From Terriglobia bacterium (GTDB lineage Bacteria > Acidobacteriota > Terriglobia > 20CM-2-55-15), in the NCBI GenBank assembly GCA_965262425.1, contig OZ253536.1:3463744-3527743 (forward strand): 64,000 bases of DNA. Direction: 5' to 3'. Every line of letters begins with the position of its first letter. Position 1 is the stretch's first letter. Both the position numbers and the translations under genes were made by a program. The notes below the pieces were generated by a model, which searched no databases, was not told the origin of the DNA, and was given only the letters and a program-made list of their open reading frames with translations. Shown here in pieces: positions 1-9,233 of this stretch.

Positions 1-1
1 T

Positions 2-1186
2 CTCGGTTTCCAAAGCATCCCGAACACCGAATCCAGGCAGGTTGGTAATTCCGGTGACCAGGTTGAACGGGTCATCGGTGGTGTCCCGACTATATTGAAA
101 TTCGAACGATGTTTCGTCCGCCACGCTCGTCCGATGATCGACCCGGACGCCGAAGGCATCGGCGACGGTGACGAGCGTACCGACCGATCGATAGTTCTGA
201 ACTTCGGCGCCACTCACATTCGGTGCGGGGAACAAGGCGACCAATTCGCGGCCCAACGGATGAATTCTCTCGGACGGAATGATGTTTCCGGGAAACGGGA
301 ACCCGATCTGGGGGTCCAGGATCGTTTCCGATAAAGCGGAGAAATCTCCTCGCGCCTCGGCCGGATCGGGAACCGTGGCGGCACGTGTAATCGACTGGCG
401 GATGCGGAGGCCCCAGTACCGTGCAAAAACGAACGTGTCTTCCCCGACCCGCCCACCGAGTTCTCCTCCAAAGAAATGGTACTTGAACGGAGGGATCGGC
501 TCATCGGGTGGGTCAAAGAAGTTCCTGGCATTCAAGCCATCGTTACGATGGAAATAATAGGCGTTTCCGTGCAGGGATGGACCTCCCGGAGGCAAGGAGT
601 CGTCGACACCCAGGTTCGTCGGAAACTCCGCCGAAAAATCCAACGATTGAACCAGTGTGGTTGTGCTTGGAGAACTGGCAAACACAGTTCCCGAAGCCGC
701 GATCCACTGTTGGCTGGACCCCTCCGCGATGCCGGAAACGTTGATACCACCTCTCAAACCAAAGAGCCGGTCCGAACGGGGGAGGTCCTCACGCGCAAGG
801 GGCCCGGAAGAATTCTGGAGCGGAACGGCGTCCTCGAGCAACAGCTCGACGCGTTCAACGTCAGCGGGATCCCCGGCAAGAAGCACGATGTCGATTTCGT
901 AGGGAGCGCCGGGACTGAGTGAAACCGGTGTGGAGCGTAGAGAGCGAAAGCCAGGATGGGACACTTCCAGCTCGAACCGACCGACAACCTCGAAGGAGTA
1001 GAGGCCACGTTCGTCGGTAGAACCGGCGTCGACGCGGCCATCGTCAAAATGCAAACGAACTTCAGCAGCCGGAATCCCTTGCCCACTCTCATCCCGTACC
1101 GCACCCGTCAGGGTCGCCGTTGCCACCTGCGCTGAAATCGTCTGGATGAGGAAGAGGAATACGAGCAGGTTGGTTGGGATAGCCAT
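2..1186 (-). CDS. TonB-dependent-receptor-like outer membrane protein, N-terminal ~395 aa only. It has a signal peptide, a carboxypeptidase-regulatory-like domain and the start of the plug/barrel. The gene continues beyond the window start.
   Basis: Hand translation of the minus strand from ATG 1186-1184 gives MAIPTNLLVFLFLIQTISAQVATATLTGAVRDESGQGIPAAEVRLHFDDGRVDAGSTDERGLYSFEVVGRFELEVSHPGF. The frame stays open down to nt 2. The motif NARNFFDPPDEPIPPFKYHFFGGELGGRV..FVFARYWGLRIRQ is typical of CarboxypepD_reg-type TonB receptors. It is absent from the ORF track only because there is no in-window stop. Confidence 0.6.
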   Translation of the reverse strand, partial: MAIPTNLLVFLFLIQTISAQVATATLTGAVRDESGQGIPAAEVRLHFDDGRVDAGSTDERGLYSFEVVGRFELEVSHPGFRSLRSTPVSLSPGAPYEIDIVLLAGDPADVERVELLLEDAVPLQNSSGPLAREDLPRSDRLFGLRGGINVSGIAEGSSQQWIAASGTVFASSPSTTTLVQSLDFSAEFPTNLGVDDSLPPGGPSLHGNAYYFHRNDGLNARNFFDPPDEPIPPFKYHFFGGELGGRVGEDTFVFARYWGLRIRQSITRAATVPDPAEARGDFSALSETILDPQIGFPFPGNIIPSERIHPLGRELVALFPAPNVSGAEVQNYRSVGTLVTVADAFGVRVDHRTSVADETSFEFQYSRDTTDDPFNLVTGITNLPGFGVRDALETE

Positions 1187-1242
1187 GTTTTGGCTTTTGG
1201 CTTTTAGCCACAGCTAACAGCTAATCTCCAAAAGCTATCCTG

Positions 1243-2832
1243 TCAAATTCGAATAGCCTTCGCAGTCAGAACGTTCTCTATCTGGCGGATTCGATCGACG
1301 ACCTCATCCCGTATCGGGTTGTCGATCAGGAGCAGCGCCAGGGCTTTGCCGCCGGCGTCCTCCCGGCCCAGGTGCATTCCCGCGATATTGACCCTGTGTT
1401 CACCGAGCACCGTACCAATATTACCAATAACTCCAGGTTTATCGTTGTTGGTCAGGAAAATCATGTGACCGTGCGGGACCACTTCCAGAGCGTAGGCATC
1501 GACGCTGACGATGCGCGGCAACTTGTCGGTAAACACGGTGCCCGACACCTTTCTGGAATCCTGGTCGGTGCGAACCTCGATCTCGACCAGGTTCGTAAAG
1601 TTCTCCGGAACCGGGACGCGCGTCTCTTCAATCTTGATCCCACGCTGCTGTGCCACGTGCGTGGCGTTAATCAGGTTGACGCCTTCCTGAAGAATAGGAA
1701 CCAGGAGCCGACGCACGATCGTCGACGTCAGGTAACCCAGGTTCATGTCGCAGACTTCTCCCGAATACCGGATGGCAATAGTCTGCATCCGGCCCTCGGA
1801 TGTTTGACCCACGAATGTGGAAAGCCTTGTCACGAGATCGATAAAATGCTGGTATCTGTCGAGTTGCCCGGCCTCGAGTTGGGGGAAGTTCAAAGCGCCA
1901 CGAATCGTGTTCTTCAGCAGAAAATCGACGATCTGACGGCAGATATCTTCCGATACCTTGCGTTGGGCTTCAACGGTCGATGCTCCCAGATGCGGGGTGG
2001 CGATGAAGTTGTCTAACTCGAGAAGCGGCGACGTCGTATTCGGTTCCTCTTCGAAGACGTCGAACGCGGCGCCCGCAATCTTGCCGGACTTCAGTGCGTC
2101 ATAAAGATCGGCCTCGTTGATGATTCCTCCACGCGCGCAGTTGAGCAGCCGGGCGCCATCCTTCATTTGAGCCATCGCTTCCTTGTTGATGAGGCTTCGG
2201 GTCTCGTCGGTAAGTGGAGAGTGCACGGTAATGAAATCCGCTTCCGCGAAGATCCGCCCGAGATCCACCATGACAAGTCCGCTCGTCAGGTCCGAATCCG
2301 GACTGATGAAAGGGTCGAAAGCCAGGACGCTCATCCCCATCGCCTGACACTTCCGCGCTACCTCGCTGCCGATCCGTCCAAGTCCGACGACGCCAAGGGT
2401 CTTACCGGATAGCTCGACACCCTTGAAACGACTCTTTTCCCACTTGTGTTCCTTCAACATCCGATAGGCCTGGGGGATGTTGCGCGAGAGCGCGAACAGC
2501 ATGGCGATCGTGTGTTCGGCGGTCGTGGTGGTGGAACCGCCGGGTGAATTCATGACGATGACACCATGCTCGGTAGCCGCCTCGATGTCGACGTTGTCCA
2601 CGCCTACTCCAGCGCGGCCCACGACCTTGAGTTGAGAGGCTTTCTCGATTGCTTCCCGATCCACCTGGGTTCCGCTCCGCACAACCATGCCGTCGATGCC
2701 GGGAATGATTTCCAGGAGTTTTTCGCGAGGGAGCTTATCGTGCACGATCGGTTCAATGGCGTTGGTTTTCCGGATCAGTTCGACACCGGCGGGATCGATT
2801 CCATCTGCTAGCAGGACTTTAAAATAAGACAT
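1243..2832 (-). CDS. serA: D-3-phosphoglycerate dehydrogenase with C-terminal ACT domain
   Basis: 529 aa. Has the 2-hydroxyacid dehydrogenase NAD-binding motif [29 protein letters not shown], the catalytic-domain [28 protein letters not shown], and a C-terminal regulatory extension. Confidence 0.88.
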   Translation of the reverse strand: MSYFKVLLADGIDPAGVELIRKTNAIEPIVHDKLPREKLLEIIPGIDGMVVRSGTQVDREAIEKASQLKVVGRAGVGVDNVDIEAATEHGVIVMNSPGGSTTTTAEHTIAMLFALSRNIPQAYRMLKEHKWEKSRFKGVELSGKTLGVVGLGRIGSEVARKCQAMGMSVLAFDPFISPDSDLTSGLVMVDLGRIFAEADFITVHSPLTDETRSLINKEAMAQMKDGARLLNCARGGIINEADLYDALKSGKIAGAAFDVFEEEPNTTSPLLELDNFIATPHLGASTVEAQRKVSEDICRQIVDFLLKNTIRGALNFPQLEAGQLDRYQHFIDLVTRLSTFVGQTSEGRMQTIAIRYSGEVCDMNLGYLTSTIVRRLLVPILQEGVNLINATHVAQQRGIKIEETRVPVPENFTNLVEIEVRTDQDSRKVSGTVFTDKLPRIVSVDAYALEVVPHGHMIFLTNNDKPGVIGNIGTVLGEHRVNIAGMHLGREDAGGKALALLLIDNPIRDEVVDRIRQIENVLTAKAIRI

Positions 2833-2848
2833 ATTTGATCAGGGGTCG

Positions 2849-4021
2849 TCAGATATTGAGGTTCATTACAAATTGGTCGATGCGTTCGAGAGCCTGCCCG
2901 ATCTTCTCGAGCGAGTTCGCGAACGAAAATCGGAGGTATCCTTCGCCGAATCGGCCAAATGCCGTTCCGGGCAGAGCGGACACTCCCGCCTCTTCCAGCA
3001 AACGTTCGGCGAGAATGCGTTCGGGGACTTTCAATCCAGCTACATTCGGGAAGACATAAAATGCGCCACGCGGCCGAAGACAGCGAATGCCGTTTATGCC
3101 ATTCAGACCGTCGACGATCAGGTCGCGCCGCTTCTCGAACTCGCCGACCATCCGTTCAACCGCCGGCCGGGTTTGTGCTCGAAAAGCCGAGATAGCAGCA
3201 TGCTGCGAAAACGCTGCTGTGCAGGACACACTGCTGTTGATGAACAGAACGACAGTTTCGACCAGATCTTCCGGCAAAACGGCAAAGCCCAATCGCCATC
3301 CCGTCATGGCGTAAGTCTTCGAGAACCCGTGGACCAGGAGAAGCCGGTCCCGAACGGACGGAAAGCGCAACATGCTTTCGGGCCGGGCGCCATAAAAAAT
3401 GTCCGAGTAGATCTCATCGGACAGAATCAGGAAGTCGTGCTTGAGCGCCAGGTCCGCGACAGCCGCCAGGTCCTCCCGTGTCAGAACCCCTCCGGTCGGA
3501 TTCTGCGGAGAGTTCAGGACGACCAGCCTCGTTCGTGGTGTAATCCGCGATTCCAGATCCTCCACTCGCAGTCTGAACTCGTTCGATTCCCGCAGCGGAA
3601 CCGGCACTAACTTTCCACGGGCAATCTCGATCGCCGATTCGTAGGCAGGAAAAGCGGGATTCGGAACGATAACCTCGTCGCCGGGATCGACAACGCTCAT
3701 GATGCTTGAAAACAACATCATCTTGGCGCCGGGCCCGACAACAATCTGTGCGGCCTCGACCTCAACACTGTAGATTCGCCGGATCTCTGTCGCGATCGCC
3801 TCCCGCAACTCCGGGATACCCGCGGAGGGCGTGTAGTGCGTCGCTCCGCTTCCCAGCGAGTCGATCGCAGAATCCACGATAGGCCGGGGCGTATCGAAAT
3901 CGGGCTCGCCAATTTCGAGATGAACGATGCTTCGCCCTTCCCGCTCCAGTTCATTGGCGCGGGCCAACTGCGCGAAAGCGGCCTCACCGTGAACATCCCG
4001 CATCCGTTCAGCTATGTGCAT
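2849..4021 (-). CDS. PLP-dependent aminotransferase, class I/II (aspartate/aromatic aminotransferase-like)
   Basis: Has LEIGEPDFDTP and the SFSKTYAMTGWRLGF PLP-lysine region. The ORF track extends to 4087; ATG 4021 (MHIAERM..) is the more likely start. Confidence 0.8.
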   Translation of the reverse strand: MHIAERMRDVHGEAAFAQLARANELEREGRSIVHLEIGEPDFDTPRPIVDSAIDSLGSGATHYTPSAGIPELREAIATEIRRIYSVEVEAAQIVVGPGAKMMLFSSIMSVVDPGDEVIVPNPAFPAYESAIEIARGKLVPVPLRESNEFRLRVEDLESRITPRTRLVVLNSPQNPTGGVLTREDLAAVADLALKHDFLILSDEIYSDIFYGARPESMLRFPSVRDRLLLVHGFSKTYAMTGWRLGFAVLPEDLVETVVLFINSSVSCTAAFSQHAAISAFRAQTRPAVERMVGEFEKRRDLIVDGLNGINGIRCLRPRGAFYVFPNVAGLKVPERILAERLLEEAGVSALPGTAFGRFGEGYLRFSFANSLEKIGQALERIDQFVMNLNI

Positions 4022-4105
4022 ATTAGCTATTAGCGATTGGCGATTAGCTTTTGGCTTTGGTCCCGATGGGCTAAAAGCTAAAAGCAAAGAGCCAACAACT
4101 CTCGT

Positions 4106-5053
4106 CTACGCCGTAACTACTTTCCTGTCGGAAACGTAGGAGAGCCAGCGGGAGTACTCGGGGGCTCGACCATGAACCGTGTCGAAGAACGTTGTTTGAA
4201 TGGATTCGGTGATCGGACCCCGTGCGCCATCTCCGATCACTTTGTCTTCCACACCCCGGATTGGGGTCACTTCGACGGCGGTCCCTGAAAAGAAGAGTTC
4301 GTCCGCCGACATGAGATCCTCGACACTTATGCTTCGTATGTCGACAGGAATACTCTTATCCCGGGCGATCTGGATGATGGCCTCGCGCGTGATACCCATC
4401 AGGATCGACTGGTCCGCATCGTTTGTGATCAGGGTGGCGTCCTTCACGATGAAGAGGTTTTCGCCGGACCCCTCGGCGACGTTGCCTTCCTGGTTGAGCA
4501 GGATCGCCTCATCAAACCCCTTCTTCTGCGCTTCCTGAACCGCAAGAACGGAATTTACGTACTGTCCGCACGCCTTGCCGGCCGTCGGAATCATCGAGGA
4601 ATGGAAGCGGCGCACCGATGAAATCATCACGCGGACGCCCCCCTTCAGTCCTTCCTGCCCCAGGTATTCTCCACGAGGCCAGGCCGCGATGGCGACGACA
4701 ACAGGGCAGTCCCTGGGCCACACGTCGAGTGAATACACTCCGTTGAAGGCGATCGGACGTATGTAGGCGTTCACAAGCTTGTTCCGCGCGACCAGTTCAA
4801 GCGTCGCGTGTTGGAGGTCTTCCACACTGTGCGGGATATCTATCTGGTAGATCGCGGCCGAATTCTTGAAGCGCTTCATATGGGCATCGAGACGGAACAC
4901 GGCCGTCCCATTCTCGGTTTCATAGGACCGGACACCCTCGAACACCCCCGTTCCATAGTGCAGGCAATGAGCCGTTATGTGAACCTGAGCCGAGTCCCAC
5001 GGCACAAATTCCCCGTCCATCCATATGCACTCAACTTTCGGAATCGCTCCCAC
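4106..5053 (-). CDS. ilvE: Branched-chain amino acid aminotransferase
   Basis: IWMDGEFVPWDSAQVHITAHCLHYGTGVFEGVRSY closely matches the IlvE N-terminus. 315 aa, class IV fold. Confidence 0.9.
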   Translation of the reverse strand: MGAIPKVECIWMDGEFVPWDSAQVHITAHCLHYGTGVFEGVRSYETENGTAVFRLDAHMKRFKNSAAIYQIDIPHSVEDLQHATLELVARNKLVNAYIRPIAFNGVYSLDVWPRDCPVVVAIAAWPRGEYLGQEGLKGGVRVMISSVRRFHSSMIPTAGKACGQYVNSVLAVQEAQKKGFDEAILLNQEGNVAEGSGENLFIVKDATLITNDADQSILMGITREAIIQIARDKSIPVDIRSISVEDLMSADELFFSGTAVEVTPIRGVEDKVIGDGARGPITESIQTTFFDTVHGRAPEYSRWLSYVSDRKVVTA

Positions 5054-5139
5054 GAACAGCCCCCTTTTGACGTGAATAACATCAAATTATAACATGAGTT
5101 TACGGCCGCCAAGCGGGTGCCCGAACGCCCAGGATCCCT

Positions 5140-5422
5140 AGCAGCCCGTGGTGAAAGTCTGTAGGGTCGCGCGCAGGGGTATTCGGGTCTCAGGCGCGAA
5201 AGGAGGAGCGGAACGATGCATAGTCCTCGTGACCGACGAATGACAAAGCCTGTGGCCCGAAGACCCCTGCGCCCTTCGGGTTACGACGGCATGGGGCCAG
5301 CTGCGGCGTTGCCGCTCTCTCCGGACATTGCCCGATGGGGAACATCGACGTCGTCCACGCGCCTTGCATCTAGCCCCATGGCGCTCGTAACGCGACCCTA
5401 CAGACTTTCACCACGGGCTGCT
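5140..5422. repeat. ~283-bp MITE-like element bounded by perfect 32-bp terminal inverted repeats, copy 1 of 2
   Basis: Left arm agcagcccgtggtgaaagtctgtagggtcgcg (5140-5171). Right arm is its exact reverse complement, ending at 5422. Near-identical copy at 43489-43776. Contains internal hairpins and an RBS+ATG (5216). Confidence 0.75.
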
Positions 5423-5445
5423 GGCCTTGAGATACGTCGAAGAAC

Positions 5446-5913
5446 ATGGTGCTATCATGCGTTTCGATGAACTCGTTCAGACATCGATGTCCGATAAAGG
5501 TGCGCCCCAGCGACCTGGACAGCCTCTGCCACGTTAACAACGCGGTATATTTCACCTACCTTGAAATGGCCCGAACCGACTACTGGAAACACGTCTTCGG
5601 TGCGGAGCGAGAAGTCCGGGACGACATCATTCTCGCCAGGGCTGAAGTCGACTACCGGGCACAGGCAACGAACGACCATGATTTGAACGTGGCCATTCGT
5701 GTCTCGCGAATCGGGACATCGAGTTTCGAATTCCGGTACACGGTCGTGCAGGAAGAGACGAATCTCCTGGTCGCCGAAGGCCGCTCGGTTCAGGTGATGT
5801 TTGATTACCCAAACAACCGAACAGTCCCGGTACCGAAAGCCGTCAAGCAGAGAATGCTGGAGTTTGAAGGACCGGGGAACATCATCGTAGACGGGCGTGA
5901 CGATGGAGCTTAA
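5446..5913 (+). CDS. Acyl-CoA thioesterase, 4HBT/YbgC-like hotdog fold
   Basis: Has VRPSDLDSLCHVNNAVYFTYLEMARTDYW hotdog thioesterase motifs. Likely true start is ATG 5467 (MNSFRH..). Confidence 0.72.
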   Translation: MVLSCVSMNSFRHRCPIKVRPSDLDSLCHVNNAVYFTYLEMARTDYWKHVFGAEREVRDDIILARAEVDYRAQATNDHDLNVAIRVSRIGTSSFEFRYTVVQEETNLLVAEGRSVQVMFDYPNNRTVPVPKAVKQRMLEFEGPGNIIVDGRDDGA

Positions 5914-6223
5914 ATGGATGAAAGCCGCCTCGGAAGCGGAAGTCCCTGAAGACGGTTTCGGACATGAGGTCCGGATCGACGGACTCGACATCGCCCTCTT
6001 CCAGTGGGATCAGACCTTCTATGCCCTTGAGAACCTCTGTCCCCACCTGGGCTTCCCCCTGACCGAAGGAGCCGTCGACGACGGCGCCGTCATCTGCGGT
6101 TGGCACGGCTGGCGAATCCGTCTCGCCGACGGCGCTTGCCGCACAGAGCGTGAAAACGCCAGGACCTACCCGGTGGAAATCCGGGAGGGAGACGTCTACG
6201 TGCAGATCCCGTCAAGTGGGTAG
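5897..6223 (+). CDS. Rieske [2Fe-2S] domain protein (NirD-like small ferredoxin)
   Basis: Has CPHLGFPL...CGWHGW Rieske cluster ligands. 108 aa. Confidence 0.7.
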   Translation: MTMELKWMKAASEAEVPEDGFGHEVRIDGLDIALFQWDQTFYALENLCPHLGFPLTEGAVDDGAVICGWHGWRIRLADGACRTERENARTYPVEIREGDVYVQIPSSG

Positions 6224-6251
6224 CATCCAGCAGGAACGAGCCGATCGGCGT

Positions 6252-6348
6252 TTCAACGCAAAGACGCAAAATCGCAAAGAGCGCAAAGGTTGTAGTCTGG
6301 GAAATGTCCGAGCAAAAAAACTCTGCGGCCTTTGCGGCTTTGCGTTGA
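6252..6348. repeat. Octamer-repeat palindromic element (TTCAAC-headed), likely bidirectional terminator between convergent genes
   Basis: ttcaacgcaaagacgcaaaatcgcaaagagcgcaaagg ... cctttgcggctttgcgttgaa. Arms are built from CGCAAAG(A/G) octamers. Same architecture as the elements at 31596, 32991 and 43348. Confidence 0.6.
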
Positions 6349-6354
6349 AAAATC

Positions 6355-8034
6355 CTATTCGAGCACGGCCCCTCTGGACGCTGACGAAACCAGTTTCGCG
6401 TAGCGGGCGAGGGCGCCTGTGGTGTATTTGGGGGCGGGTTCGGTCCACGATTCGAGGCGCGTGGCTATTTCCCCGGCTGGCAGGTCCACGTCGAGGGTTT
6501 TAGTGGCGGTGTCGATCTTTATGATGTCACCGTCACGGATGGCGGCGATCGGGCCGCGGCGGGCGGCTTCGGGGGCTACGTGGCCGACCATCAGGCCGTG
6601 GGTTGCGCCGGAGAAACGGCCGTCGGTGATAAGCGCGACTTGATCGCCGAGGCCCTCCCCGTAGAGCGCGCCGGTGACGGCCAGCATCTCGCGCATTCCG
6701 GGGCCGCCTCTGGGTCCCTCGTATCGGATGACGACGACGTCACCGGCGACGATCTTTCCGGCCATGATGGCTGCGAAGGCGGCTTCCTCGCATTCGAACA
6801 CCCGTGCGGGGCCGGAATGGGAGGATCGGCGAACCCCCGCGGTCTTGATAACCGCACCTTCCGGAGCCAGGTTCCCTTTTAGAATAGTCAGGGTACCGGT
6901 TCTGTTGATCGGGTCGTCGATCGCATGAATTATGGCGTCGTCGCCTCCGGCATCCACTTCAGCGAGGACTTCGCCGACGGTTTGGCCTGTTATCGTCATC
7001 GCATCCTGATTCAGTTTCCCGGCATCCAGCAGCACCTTCATCACTCGCGAAACGCCGCCCACGCGATCCAGGTCCGCCATGACGTAATGGCCGCCCGGAC
7101 GCAGGTCCACCAGATGGGGAACACGCTCGGTGATGTCGTTGAAATCCTCGATCTTCAGATCGACTCCAGCCTCGTGCGCGATGGCGAGCAGGTGGAGTAC
7201 GGAGTTCGTGGATCCACCGGTCGTCACGACAACCGAGATCGCATTCTCGAATGCCTCACGTGTCAGGATGTCCCGCGGCCGCACACCTCGTTCGAGCAGG
7301 CCCATTGCGGCCTTGCCGGACTCAACACAAACCGCGACGCGTCCCTCGGCCATAGCCGGAACAGATGCGCTTCCAGGGACCGACATGCCGAGGGCCTCGA
7401 TCGCGGCGGCCATCGTGTTGGCGGTGTACATGCCTGCACAGGAGCCCGCGCCCGGGCAGGCCAGGCCTTCCAATTTCCTGAGAGCCTCGTCGCTCATCTT
7501 CCCCTTAGCGTGCGCTCCGACGGCTTCAAAGACATCCTGAATCGTGACGTCCTTATCTTCAAAACGCCCAGGCATGATCGTTCCGCCATACAGAAACACA
7601 GAGGGGATGTTCAAACGGGCCAGGCCCATCAACATTCCAGGCAGGCTCTTGTCGCAGCCGGCGATGGCGACGATGCCGTCGAAACGCTCGGCCACAGTCA
7701 TGATCTCGACCGAATCGGCGATGACCTCGCGGCTGATCAGCGAAGCCTTCATCCCCTCATGGCCCATCGAGATCGCGTCGCTCACGGCTATGGTTCCGAA
7801 CTGGATAGGGGTGCCGCCCGCGGCCTTGATTCCTTCTTTGACGTGTCCTGCCAGGGTGTTGAGATGGATGTTGCAGGGCGTGACTTCGTTCCAGGAACTG
7901 GCAACGGCGATGAACGGACGGTTGATCGCCTCGTCGTCCATACCCATGGCACGAAACATGGACCGGTGCGGCGCGCGTTCCGGACCTTCGGTCACTTCCC
8001 GACTACGGTGTTTCAGCTTAGGGTTTCGGCTCAT
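6355..8034 (-). CDS. ilvD: Dihydroxy-acid dehydratase
   Basis: 559 aa. N-terminus reads [31 protein letters not shown]. The Fe-S region [10 protein letters not shown] and the ILV/EDD family C-terminus are conserved. Confidence 0.9.
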   Translation of the reverse strand: MSRNPKLKHRSREVTEGPERAPHRSMFRAMGMDDEAINRPFIAVASSWNEVTPCNIHLNTLAGHVKEGIKAAGGTPIQFGTIAVSDAISMGHEGMKASLISREVIADSVEIMTVAERFDGIVAIAGCDKSLPGMLMGLARLNIPSVFLYGGTIMPGRFEDKDVTIQDVFEAVGAHAKGKMSDEALRKLEGLACPGAGSCAGMYTANTMAAAIEALGMSVPGSASVPAMAEGRVAVCVESGKAAMGLLERGVRPRDILTREAFENAISVVVTTGGSTNSVLHLLAIAHEAGVDLKIEDFNDITERVPHLVDLRPGGHYVMADLDRVGGVSRVMKVLLDAGKLNQDAMTITGQTVGEVLAEVDAGGDDAIIHAIDDPINRTGTLTILKGNLAPEGAVIKTAGVRRSSHSGPARVFECEEAAFAAIMAGKIVAGDVVVIRYEGPRGGPGMREMLAVTGALYGEGLGDQVALITDGRFSGATHGLMVGHVAPEAARRGPIAAIRDGDIIKIDTATKTLDVDLPAGEIATRLESWTEPAPKYTTGALARYAKLVSSASRGAVLE

Positions 8035-9046
8035 CGATCTTCTCCTGAACTCTCTGTTGGATGTCGTTGAGCGAAAAGGCGCCCGGCTGGAGCCTGCGCT
8101 TGGACAACTCGCGCATCATCTCCAGCAGTGTGGAATTGTAGGGTGTGGGAATACCCGCCTGTTCGCCAAGCTTGACGATCTCGCCGTTGAAATGCTCCAC
8201 TTCTGTTCCGGCCCGGCCCATCACCACATCCTGCCATGTCGAGGGGTAAGTCCGACGGGAAGGGGCCAAATCGGCTGCATCGGGAGAACCGAAACCACCG
8301 CCTTCAAGCTGCTCTATGAACTCCGGGACGTCAGGCTCACCCGGTCCCATTTGACTTTCGATGCCCAGTGCCCGAATCACCGCCAACCCTTCGCGCATCG
8401 TTTCGGCCAGGAAGCGACGACTTTCCGGTTCCGTATAGGCAATCTGAAGCCAGGTGTCGACGAGCGCATAGACCGCGTTGTTGAGATTCAACAGCATCTT
8501 GCCCCATTTCGGAGGCATCACCGCCTCGTCCAGAGTAACCCGGAAACCCGCCCCGGAAAGGGCCTCGCCCACCCGGGTGGTGACATCGTCCACACCCTCG
8601 GGAAACTTGCCGATGGCAATGACGTCGTTTCTGGTGTGCTCGATCGCGCCGGGCTCCAGGTAGTTGACGCTGAAGACGACCAGCCCACCGTAGACACGGT
8701 CGAAACTCTCCGCCGCCCACTCTTCGTTGCGAACGCCGTTCTGAAAACAGAAAAGGGGCGTCTGTTTCGGTGCAACGGAGAGCCCGTCGAGAAGGGTTCG
8801 GGTGTTCTGGGACTTTGACGTCATGAAGATGACGTCGTGGTCCGTCCACTCCAGTTCCGAGACATCAGTAACGGCTTGAAGGTCGGGCCGCAGTTCCCCC
8901 CCGGCAGTCTTAAGCGTGAGCCCTTTCTCCTGAATCGCTGAGGCATGCGCCGGACGTGCCACGAGAACCACCGGATGATCTTTCAGCGCCAGATACCCTC
9001 CCATGGCACTCCCGATCGCGCCGGCGCCACAAATCACGAATCTCAT
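8018..9046 (-). CDS. panE: 2-dehydropantoate 2-reductase (ApbA/PanE family)
   Basis: Has the [20 protein letters not shown] Rossmann N-terminus and the ketopantoate reductase C-domain. 342 aa. Confidence 0.75.
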   Translation of the reverse strand: MRFVICGAGAIGSAMGGYLALKDHPVVLVARPAHASAIQEKGLTLKTAGGELRPDLQAVTDVSELEWTDHDVIFMTSKSQNTRTLLDGLSVAPKQTPLFCFQNGVRNEEWAAESFDRVYGGLVVFSVNYLEPGAIEHTRNDVIAIGKFPEGVDDVTTRVGEALSGAGFRVTLDEAVMPPKWGKMLLNLNNAVYALVDTWLQIAYTEPESRRFLAETMREGLAVIRALGIESQMGPGEPDVPEFIEQLEGGGFGSPDAADLAPSRRTYPSTWQDVVMGRAGTEVEHFNGEIVKLGEQAGIPTPYNSTLLEMMRELSKRRLQPGAFSLNDIQQRVQEKIDEPKP

Positions 9047-9233
9047 CGCCGGGAGAATACCACACCGGATCTTCGCCCGCTTTTCACACGAGTGGAGTCA
9101 TGCTTCATTCTTCGAAGCACGGTGCATATGAGAGGATTGGCTAATACTCGGTGGGTGTCGGTCCTCATGAACAAACCCACAACAATCGTAAGCGATTGTG
9201 TCCGTGACGTCCGGCTCGCCACCGGCCACGGGC

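Noticed and set aside
6925-8818. Long plus-strand ORFs (381 aa and 424 aa) inside the ilvD/panE region
   Set aside because: They lie antisense to strongly supported ilvD and ketopantoate-reductase genes. High-GC shadow ORFs with Arg/Gly/Ser-rich, low-complexity translations.
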